From Candidatus Ancaeobacter aquaticus (lineage in GTDB: Bacteria > Auribacterota > Ancaeobacteria > Ancaeobacterales > Ancaeobacteraceae), in contig JAVCCP010000049.1 of assembly GCA_030765405.1 (NCBI GenBank), positions 1-34,332 of the forward strand: 34,332 nucleotides of DNA, written 5' to 3'. Position numbers and translations under genes: made by a program. Shown piece after piece: positions 26,872 through 34,332 of the stretch. Under the pieces are notes generated by a model that did not search any database, was not told where the DNA came from, and worked only from the letters and a program-made list of their open reading frames with translations. Numbering within the stretch: the first letter of the stretch is position 1; every line of letters begins with the position of its first letter.

Positions 26872-28479
26872 GTGCATACCTTGAATGTCGTGAAGAATAA
26901 TAATATAGCGTTATATGTCCTTTCAATCCTATCGGCGTTTTTACTGATTTTAAGTTTTCCCTATTTTAATATTCATTATCTTGCATGGTTCTTTTTGGTG
27001 CCTGTTTTTATCGGATGCAGTCTTGCGGGCGTCTCAGACTATGTTAAACGTCTCGGATGGTATCTTTTTGGTCTGGTGTTTTTCTTTACTGTTCTTTACT
27101 GGGTAATACATGTTACCGGCGTTGGCTATATAGCATTATGTTTATATGTAGCGCTCTATTTTTTACTTTTTATGTATATTATGGACAAAATAATTGAAAG
27201 GAAACGATCAATTATTTTATGGGCCCCGATCGTGTGGGTAGCGTTGGAATTTGTCCGTAGTGTACTTTTTACCGGTTTTCCTTGGGCATTAGTGGGTGCT
27301 TCACAGGTATCATATCTTCATCTTATTCAGATAGCGTCACTGACCGGCGTATGGGGCGTATCATTTTTTGTTGTTCTTTTAAATGCATTCATATTTGAGA
27401 ATGTATATCTTGGCATCATTAAAAAAGAGGGAGTAAAAAGTTATACTACGACATTATTGGCAATCGTGATGGTGGGGGGAACATATATATTCGGGGCAAA
27501 AGAGCTTTCATCAGAGAAGCAGGACGCGCAATATATTCCTTTTAATATTTCGGTCGTGCAGCCAAACATTTCTCAAGATATTAAATGGGATAAACGGCAT
27601 AAGGATTACATAAATAAGCGGTTTAAAAATCTGACATTGGAGCTCAAAGGTGAGAACCCCGATCTTGTTATTTGGCCTGAAAGCTGTGTTCAGGGAGAGA
27701 TACGCTATGATCAAAATATTTATGAGCATGTTTCCAGTATAACGCGAGCAATCGATGCACCGATCTTACTGGGTAGTCAGGACATTGAATTTGGCAAAGA
27801 ATGGATTTTCTATAATTCGGCGTTTCTTATTCATCCTAAACATAAACTTATGGGAAGCTATAAAAAGGTGCATCTGGTGCCGTTTGGCGAGTATGTTCCA
27901 TTTGCTGAAAGAGTACCTTTCATAAGAAAAATGACACCAATACAAATTGATTTCCATGAAGGGGACGAGTACACGATTTTTGGAATACCGCAATTATATA
28001 AAAGATGGAAAGACGAATCAGGTGAGATTAAATCTCATATTCGCATAATACGTTTTGCTACGATAATATGTTTTGAAGATATTTTTCCCGGGCTGGTAAG
28101 AGAGTTTGCTGCGCAGCACATTGATTTTATTGTGAATATTACCAACGATGCTTGGTTTAAGAAAACAAGCGCTCAAATGCAGCATGCTTATTTATCTGTG
28201 TTTAGGGCTGTAGAAAATAGGACGTACCTCATAAGGGCAGCTAATACAGGGTATTCGTGTGTTATAGATCCCTATGGGAGGATTGTAAAAGATATTCGTG
28301 ATAAAAATGGTAGCTCACTTTATGTTCCCGGACATTTTACCTTTCCATTAAGAAGCGTTCATAAGCGCACTGTGTATACACAATATGGTAATTACTTTCC
28401 TAAGGGATGTATGATTATAACGCTTTTGGGTATAGTAATTTTTTATGTGCGAAACAGGTATTCTCGAAGAAGAAGATAA
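26872..28479 (+). CDS. lnt: Apolipoprotein N-acyltransferase
   Basis: TM N-terminus, TGFPW, VQPNI, catalytic WPES (E), YKKVHLVPFGEY (K), ICFED (C), TNDAWF and RAVENR motifs. GTG start. Confidence 0.96.
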   Translation: MHTLNVVKNNNIALYVLSILSAFLLILSFPYFNIHYLAWFFLVPVFIGCSLAGVSDYVKRLGWYLFGLVFFFTVLYWVIHVTGVGYIALCLYVALYFLLFMYIMDKIIERKRSIILWAPIVWVALEFVRSVLFTGFPWALVGASQVSYLHLIQIASLTGVWGVSFFVVLLNAFIFENVYLGIIKKEGVKSYTTTLLAIVMVGGTYIFGAKELSSEKQDAQYIPFNISVVQPNISQDIKWDKRHKDYINKRFKNLTLELKGENPDLVIWPESCVQGEIRYDQNIYEHVSSITRAIDAPILLGSQDIEFGKEWIFYNSAFLIHPKHKLMGSYKKVHLVPFGEYVPFAERVPFIRKMTPIQIDFHEGDEYTIFGIPQLYKRWKDESGEIKSHIRIIRFATIICFEDIFPGLVREFAAQHIDFIVNITNDAWFKKTSAQMQHAYLSVFRAVENRTYLIRAANTGYSCVIDPYGRIVKDIRDKNGSSLYVPGHFTFPLRSVHKRTVYTQYGNYFPKGCMIITLLGIVIFYVRNRYSRRRR

Positions 28480-28512
28480 AAATAAAATCGTAATAGATAA
28501 GAGGGAGTATAT

Positions 28513-29611
28513 ATGTATAAAGAAATGAAAGAAAAAATAGCAGATTTACAAAGAAGACTGAATGAAATGCGAGGTTATCTTTGACGTTGCTCAAAAGTCT
28601 GATGAGCTAAAAAAATTACAAGAAGTAACGGCCGCGAACAATTTTTGGGATGATAATAACAAAGCCAAAGAAACGATAGAGAAGGTCAATATACTCAAAA
28701 GCTGGGTTGACCCATGCAGGGATGTAGGCGATGAATTATTATCTCTAACGGAACTAAACGACCTATCGCAAGATGAGCCTGAGGGATCATCGATCTTTGA
28801 AGAGTTGAGTTCTGAAATTGTACTGGTAGAGAAGAAGCTTGAGCAGCTAGAATTCAAAAAGATGCTTGGCGGTCCTCTCGATGGTAATAACGCGTTTTTG
28901 AGCATTAATGCTGGTGCAGGTGGTACTGAATCGTGTGATTGGGCTGAAATGCTTTTAAGAATGTATAAACGTTGGGCAGAACGCCGCGGATTCTCTGCTG
29001 AGATAACGGATATATTGGCTGGTGAGGAAGCAGGGATTAAAAATGTAACGCTACTTGTAAAAGGTGAATTTGCATACGGGTATTTGAACGCTGAACGTGG
29101 TGTGCATCGACTTGTTAGAATATCTCCTTTTGATTCTAATAAAAGACGGCATACGTCTTTTGCATCGATTGATGTTATCCCTGAAGTCAATGATGAGATA
29201 GAAATTGAAATAGATGAAAAAGATTTGAGAATTGACACCTATCGTGCTGGCGGGGCAGGCGGTCAAAAAGTTAATAAGACTGATTCTGCGGTACGAATAA
29301 CACATATTCCTACTAATATTGTTGCTCAATGTCAAAATGAACGCTCTCAATTTCAGAATAAAGCTACATGTCTTAAGATATTAAAGGCACGTTTGTACGA
29401 GAAAAAGGAGAAGGAAAAGAGAGAACAGCTTGCTAAGGAATATGGCGAGAAAATGGATATTGCGTGGGGTAGTCAGATACGTTCATATGTGTTCCATCCG
29501 TATCAGATGGTTAAAGACCATAGGACAGATATGGAAACATCTAATACGCAAGCGGTTATGGATGGTGATATTGATATGTTCATAGAGGAGTATCTAAAGG
29601 CGTTAAAATAG
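28513..29611 (+). CDS. prfB: Peptide chain release factor 2, translated via a +1 programmed frameshift (about 365 aa)
   Basis: ATG 28513 (GGGAG SD) opens MYKEMKEKIADLQRRLNEMRGYL, then CTT TGA C at 28579-28585; the +1 frame continues DVAQK... with SPF and GGQ motifs. Confidence 0.97.
28571..28585 (+). promoter_or_regulatory. RF2 programmed ribosomal frameshift site
   Basis: GAGGT-TAT-CTT-TGA-C: an internal SD-like sequence plus the canonical slippery CTT TGA C. Confidence 0.95.
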
Positions 29612-29663
29612 GTAATTACAGCCTATTATACCTAATTTATATAGATTTTACAGTACTCATTCA

Positions 29664-29692
29664 TTGACAAAATGTGTCTGGTATCCTATTAT
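29664..29692 (+). promoter_or_regulatory. Sigma70 promoter for the ligase-phosphatase-aminotransferase operon
   Basis: TTGACA (29664-29669), 17 nt, TATTAT (29687-29692). Confidence 0.75.
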
Positions 29693-29713
29693 GAACAGAA
29701 TTAATGAGGGTGT

Positions 29714-31033
29714 ATGATAAGAAATATTGCAGGTATGGCAGAACGTGTTATAACTGGTGGCAGGCCTTCTAAAGTCTTGCGTCTTGCAAAATCGGTAAGT
29801 CCGGCGGTTATAGAGTCAATGAAACGGAGAAATCTTAAATGGACTCTAGGGCATGTTCTTAATAAATCGACATTTTATAAGGAAAATCTTTCCGGGATAG
29901 ATATTGATTTCACTAAGATCAAACATCCGTCTGAACTCGGTGATTTTTTCACCACATCTGGCGATATATCTCAGTATCCTTCGGAATCATTCTTATGCGG
30001 TAAGCCTCATAGAGCATTTGAGACAACTGGTTCGACCGGTAAGCCGAAACGCGTTTATTTCTCAAATAAGGAATTTGCAGATTTGTCGCGTTGGGGTGCG
30101 GCGAGTCTTTATATGCTCGGTATGCGTGAGGCAGATCGCGTTATAAGTACCTTTGATTTTGCTTTCTGGATACCAGGGATAACCATTCAAGACATGATTA
30201 AACACGTAGGTGCGTTTCATGTGGTTGGCGGGAAGATAGCTCCATCTGAGATCGTTAGCCGTATAGATGATTATAATTTTAATGTCATTATGGGTGATCC
30301 TTCCTGGATTATTCAATTTACAGAACTTGTCAAAGATCACAAAAAATATAATGTAAAACTACTTCTTGGCGGTGGAGAACATGTTTCCGATGATATCAGA
30401 AAACGCATAGAAGAGGCGTGGGGAGCTGATATGATATTGAGTTATGGTTCTACCGAAATGGGTGGTGCATCATCATCTGAATGTCTTGAAAAAAACGGGT
30501 ATCATTTGAATGATTTTGCGTTCTTTTTTGAAATTATTAATCCTGATAAGGATGGGTATGGAGAAGTAGTTTTTACGACACTTGTAAGGGATACCATGCC
30601 TCTTATCCGGTATCGTACTGGTGATATAGCTCGTTTTATTGAAGATACATGTCCGTGTGGAATGCAAACAAAAAGACTTTCTAAAATTCGTGGGCGAGTT
30701 GATGATATGGTTGTTTTAGGGGCAGGAAATATGTTCCCTTGGATATTTGAAAGTATTCTTCATGACATACCTGAAATTTCAAATGATTGGCAAGTGGCAG
30801 TATTAAAACCTGAATGCCAAGATGTCTTGGAATTTAGAATGGAGAAGGTATCAAATGATGAAACTGCTATTCTGGATAAAGTTAAAACGAATATTCGCAA
30901 ACGATTTAATGATATATGGAAGAATTATGAAGTGGGTATGTGTGACATCAGGTTTTCGCTACATGAGCGTGGATCATTGAGAAAAGGGAGAAAAATAAAG
31001 CGGCTTATTGATGAGAGAATAAACACCAATTAA
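29714..31033 (+). CDS. Phenylacetate--CoA ligase (PaaK)-like adenylate-forming enzyme, substrate unknown
   Basis: ANL motifs TTGSTGKPK, SYGSTE, RYRTGD, GRVDDM and C-terminal K.KRLIDER. Confidence 0.85.
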   Translation: MIRNIAGMAERVITGGRPSKVLRLAKSVSPAVIESMKRRNLKWTLGHVLNKSTFYKENLSGIDIDFTKIKHPSELGDFFTTSGDISQYPSESFLCGKPHRAFETTGSTGKPKRVYFSNKEFADLSRWGAASLYMLGMREADRVISTFDFAFWIPGITIQDMIKHVGAFHVVGGKIAPSEIVSRIDDYNFNVIMGDPSWIIQFTELVKDHKKYNVKLLLGGGEHVSDDIRKRIEEAWGADMILSYGSTEMGGASSSECLEKNGYHLNDFAFFFEIINPDKDGYGEVVFTTLVRDTMPLIRYRTGDIARFIEDTCPCGMQTKRLSKIRGRVDDMVVLGAGNMFPWIFESILHDIPEISNDWQVAVLKPECQDVLEFRMEKVSNDETAILDKVKTNIRKRFNDIWKNYEVGMCDIRFSLHERGSLRKGRKIKRLIDERINTN

Positions 31034-31058
31034 TAATGTTTGCTGTGAGAATAAAATA

Positions 31059-31802
31059 ATGGATAGAAAGATGGACACTTATAGCGTATTTTGTGATTTT
31101 GACGGGACCATAACGGTTAAGGATACGACAGATGAAATATTGCGTGCATTTGCAGATAAAGAGTGGGAAAGCGTTGAGAATGAATGGCTGAGTGGTGCAT
31201 TTGGTTCAGAAGAATGTTTGCGCAGACAAATGAAGCTTGTAAAGGCCACTGAGAATGAGTTGATTGCACTGTTAGATACGATAGAGATTGATCCTTTTTT
31301 TCTGCAGTTTGTATCCTTTTGCAAGAAAAAGAATATATCGGTTACTGTAGTAAGTGATGGTTTTGATTATATTATTAATTATATATTAAACAAACATCAA
31401 TTAGGGCATTTGCCGCATTATGCGAATACGTTGCTTTTTGAGGATGGTTCGTTGAATACACGCTTTTCTAATTCGCGTCCTGATTGTGATCTTTGCGCAA
31501 CGTGCAAAGTTGGAGTTGTTAATAGGGTGAAACAAGATAGTGAAAAAGTAATCGTTATTGGTGACGGTTATTCTGATAAGTATATAACGCAATGTGCGGA
31601 TTATCTTTTTGCAAAGGAAAAATTAAGAGATGTTTGCGAGCAAAGCGGTATTGCATATTATCTGTTTGGCACGTTTCAGGACGTGATAATAAAAATGGAA
31701 GAATGTATTGTCTCAAATGATGGTTCAGATAAATCCGTATGTGGATTAGAATCAAAAGTATTCGATAAGTGTATAGCGTTAAGAACGGGTGTTTTGAAAT
31801 AA
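31059..31802 (+). CDS. MtnX-like HAD-IB family phosphatase
   Basis: HAD motif I CDFDGTIT, motif II VSDG, motif III CK and motif IV IGDGYSD. Confidence 0.88.
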   Translation: MDRKMDTYSVFCDFDGTITVKDTTDEILRAFADKEWESVENEWLSGAFGSEECLRRQMKLVKATENELIALLDTIEIDPFFLQFVSFCKKKNISVTVVSDGFDYIINYILNKHQLGHLPHYANTLLFEDGSLNTRFSNSRPDCDLCATCKVGVVNRVKQDSEKVIVIGDGYSDKYITQCADYLFAKEKLRDVCEQSGIAYYLFGTFQDVIIKMEECIVSNDGSDKSVCGLESKVFDKCIALRTGVLK

Positions 31803-31828
31803 GCATTATTGAAAGTGAGGAGGTTGTT

Positions 31829-33241
31829 TTGGATGTAAAAATCAAACGTGGCGAGGCTAAAGAAGGTATGTCTAGCGATGAGTTGTTATCAATAGAACGT
31901 GAGTGCTGTTCTTTCGGAGATACGGTGCATTATCTAGAGCCGCCAAAAATATTTGAAAGATGTGAGGGATCCTATCTCTACGATGAAGATGGGACTCCGT
32001 ACTTGGATATTCAAATGTGGTATTCGGCAGCCAGTTTCGGGTACAAGAATAAACGTTTACAGGATGCTTTAATTGCTCAACTTGATACACTTCCGCAGCT
32101 TGCGTGTCAGTATCTGCATAAAGAAAAGATTCTTCTTGCATCAAAGCTGGTACAAAAATGTGCACATGCTTTTAATGCTAAAGGTCGCGTTCATTTTAAT
32201 GTAGGAGGATCTCAAAGTGTTGATGATGCATTAAAACTTGTGCGCAATGAGACGGGAAAAAATCATGTTTTTGCTTTTATGGGGGGATACCATGGCCGTA
32301 CGTTAGGTGCTTCCGCGATTACATCAAGTTATCGTTATAGGCGTCGCTACGGACACTTTGGTGACCGTGCAAGCTTTGTGCCGTATCCATATTGTTTTAG
32401 ATGTTTCTATGGTAAAAAACGAGATGACTGTGACTTGTATTGTGTAAAGCAATTTGCAAAATTATTTGAGTCAGAATATTATACATTTTGGGATGGAAAA
32501 GCTAATGAAAGCGAATGCGCAGCTTTTTTTGTTGAAGCGGTACAGGGAACAGGCGGATACATTGTTCCTCCAAAAGAATATTTTGTAGAATTAAAAAAGG
32601 TGCTTGATCAAAGGAATATATTGCTTGTTGACGATGAAATACAAATGGCTTTTTACCGTACCGGTAAATTTTGGGCAATTGAAAACTTTGGGGTTACGCC
32701 GGATATTGTTGTTTTTGGTAAAGCTTTAACGAATGGACTTAATCCGCTTTCAGGGGTGTGGGCGAAAGAAGCTTTGATCAATCCGGAGACATTTCCTCCG
32801 GGATCAACACATTCAACATTTTCATCGAATACTCTCGGGACGGCGATCGCCCTTGAATCGGTAAAAATGATGGAAGATGAAAATTATGATCGTATTGTTC
32901 CTCAGAAAGGGGAGTATTTCCTCAAACAACTTCGCCAGCTACAAAAGAACTACCCAAAACATATTGGAAACGTTGATGGGTTAGGTTTGACACTCCGCGT
33001 GGAGATTTGTGCCGGTGACAGTTTTACCCCATCAAAAGAATTAACGGATAAGATATTTGAAGAGGGGTTAAAAGGGAAGTTATCCAGCGGAAATAAACAG
33101 TATGGACTCGTTTTAGATGTTGGTGGATACTATAAGAATGTTTTTACTATTGCGCCTGCATTTTCAATTACCTACGAAGAAATAGATCTTGCGGTAGCAC
33201 TTTTTGAACAGTGTTTACATAACGTTGGAATACGAGATTAG
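31829..33241 (+). CDS. Class III PLP-dependent aminotransferase
   Basis: EGSYLYD..G..YLD, GGYHGRT, VEAVQGTGG, DEIQ...YRTG, PLP lysine in VVFGKAL and HSTF motifs. TTG 31829 is preferred as start (GAGGAGG SD at 31817-31823); 31769 and 31868 are alternatives. Confidence 0.9.
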   Translation: MDVKIKRGEAKEGMSSDELLSIERECCSFGDTVHYLEPPKIFERCEGSYLYDEDGTPYLDIQMWYSAASFGYKNKRLQDALIAQLDTLPQLACQYLHKEKILLASKLVQKCAHAFNAKGRVHFNVGGSQSVDDALKLVRNETGKNHVFAFMGGYHGRTLGASAITSSYRYRRRYGHFGDRASFVPYPYCFRCFYGKKRDDCDLYCVKQFAKLFESEYYTFWDGKANESECAAFFVEAVQGTGGYIVPPKEYFVELKKVLDQRNILLVDDEIQMAFYRTGKFWAIENFGVTPDIVVFGKALTNGLNPLSGVWAKEALINPETFPPGSTHSTFSSNTLGTAIALESVKMMEDENYDRIVPQKGEYFLKQLRQLQKNYPKHIGNVDGLGLTLRVEICAGDSFTPSKELTDKIFEEGLKGKLSSGNKQYGLVLDVGGYYKNVFTIAPAFSITYEEIDLAVALFEQCLHNVGIRD

Positions 33242-33246
33242 AAAAT

Positions 33247-34095
33247 ATGATAAGAAAAATTAAAAAGCTAATGGTTTATGGCGTAGCGACAATGCTTTAT
33301 ATAATCTGTCTGGCATTGCCACTTTATGCTGATAAACCTACGGTTACAGCAAAATCAGCACTTATATATGATATTACCAGCGGAGAGGTTTTATATGAAA
33401 AGAACCCTTTTAAAAAACTCCCGTGTGCAAGTAACGTAAAAATTATTACGGCGATGGTTGTGGCTGACCGTTCCCATAATGTTGTCACAGCGAAAGTGTC
33501 AAAAAAAGCTTTAAGGGGACTTAACACACGCATATATCTTAATAAGGGTGTAGAGTATACGATAAACGATTTGCTGTATGCACTGCTATTGGAATCTTCT
33601 AATGATGCGGCAAACGTTCTTGGGGTAAGGATCGCTGGTTCAGTAAACAAGTTTACAAAACTTATGAATCAAAAAGCAGCTTTTATAGGTGCAAAAAAAA
33701 CCAAGTTTGCGAACCCGAGTGGGCTCACAGATAAAAAAGTAAGCCAATATACTACAGTGCATGACTTGAATAAAATGATGATAAGATTTTTAAAGTATCC
33801 GCAATTATATAAAATCATGAAAAAGAAACATGCATATATAAAAGGGTCTGATGGAAAAAGAATAAAACTGAGGAATCATAATAAACTTCTAAAAAGGTTT
33901 CCCAATACGATCATCGGTAAAACAGGGTACACATCGCTTGCGAAACATTGTTTTGTTGGTTTTTCTACTGTTCCGGGTAAACGATATGTTTTTGTTATCT
34001 TAGGATCAAAAAAACCATGGACTGACATGACACGGTTATTGGCATATGCAAAATGCATCAAAAAGAAACCGAAAAAAAGCATAGGTGGATTGTAA
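33247..34095 (+). CDS. Serine-type D-alanyl-D-alanine carboxypeptidase (peptidase S11), exported
   Basis: Signal peptide, TAKSALI.D, SxxK (ASNVK), SxN (SSND), F.NPSGL and KTG (GKTGYT); no PBP5 C-terminal domain; the stop codon lies in the IS end. Confidence 0.92.
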   Translation: MIRKIKKLMVYGVATMLYIICLALPLYADKPTVTAKSALIYDITSGEVLYEKNPFKKLPCASNVKIITAMVVADRSHNVVTAKVSKKALRGLNTRIYLNKGVEYTINDLLYALLLESSNDAANVLGVRIAGSVNKFTKLMNQKAAFIGAKKTKFANPSGLTDKKVSQYTTVHDLNKMMIRFLKYPQLYKIMKKKHAYIKGSDGKRIKLRNHNKLLKRFPNTIIGKTGYTSLAKHCFVGFSTVPGKRYVFVILGSKKPWTDMTRLLAYAKCIKKKPKKSIGGL

Positions 34096-34332
34096 AGTTA
34101 AATGCCGTAGATAGTGGTCATTTTTCATTTAAGCTGCAATCTCCTGAAGTTCTCTTTCAAACCCCTGTTGAGCAGATTGAAAATTTAGTATCTTGCGTGG
34201 GTAGTTATTAATCCAGTTTTCTATAGTTTGAATGGTTGATTGTGTCAGGTTTTCTATCTTTCTGCCCTTGGCAATGAATCGTCGAATAATTCTGTTGATG
34301 TTTTCATTGGTACCTCTTTCCCAAGAAGAATA
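34091..34332 (-). mobile_element. IS30-family insertion sequence, 3' end (runs off the window)
   Basis: Transposase C-terminus followed by a short tail; on the plus strand the putative terminal inverted repeat starts TGTAAAGTTAAATGCCG at about 34091. The exact end is uncertain by a few bases. Confidence 0.8.
34129..34332 (-). CDS. IS30-family transposase, C-terminal 67 aa (partial, not in the ORF track)
   Basis: Manual translation YSSWERGTNENINRIIRRFIAKG...IENWINNYPRKILNFQSAQQGFERELQEIAA* matches the IS30 pattern W.RGTNEN.N...R....KG and N..PRK.L. Confidence 0.92.
   Translation of the reverse strand, partial: YSSWERGTNENINRIIRRFIAKGRKIENLTQSTIQTIENWINNYPRKILNFQSAQQGFERELQEIAA

Noticed and set aside
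28562..28584. prfB as a pseudogene, or as a separate ORF starting at 28562
   Set aside because: Fully explained by the canonical RF2 programmed +1 frameshift.
1..34332. tRNA, rRNA, prophage or defence-system genes
   Set aside because: No cloverleaf, rRNA-like tract, phage gene or recognisable defence gene was seen by eye; the intergenic gaps are short. A tRNAscan or Infernal run would confirm.

Overview
A largely core-genome segment of a low-GC, diderm (Gram-negative) bacterium. Most genes are on the + strand: recA, alaS, rpsO-pnp, ftsK-rodZ-rimO-pgsA-pgpA, bamD-lptE-holA, uvrC, secA-lnt-prfB. The long SecA form, the WTP-type BamD N-terminus and a DUF1571-like protein tentatively suggest a PVC-superphylum-like lineage (inference). 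The most interesting items are: (1) a 745-aa BamD with a cleavable-looking signal peptide, three FWE(F/I)WKK amphipathic repeats, an acidic linker and a C-terminal AMIN-like domain; (2) a small operon with its own sigma70 promoter encoding a PaaK-like adenylating ligase, an MtnX-like HAD phosphatase, a class III PLP aminotransferase and a D,D-carboxypeptidase whose stop codon lies in the end of an IS30 element missed by the ORF track; (3) a pseudoknotted rpsO leader carrying the G.U/G-C S15 recognition motif; (4) a perfect 22-bp palindrome upstream of recA; (5) two probable leaderless genes; (6) the RF2 +1 frameshift; and (7) several REP-like hairpins plus a heptamer array. No tRNA, rRNA or CRISPR array was seen. 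All calls come from motif recognition by eye; no searches were run.
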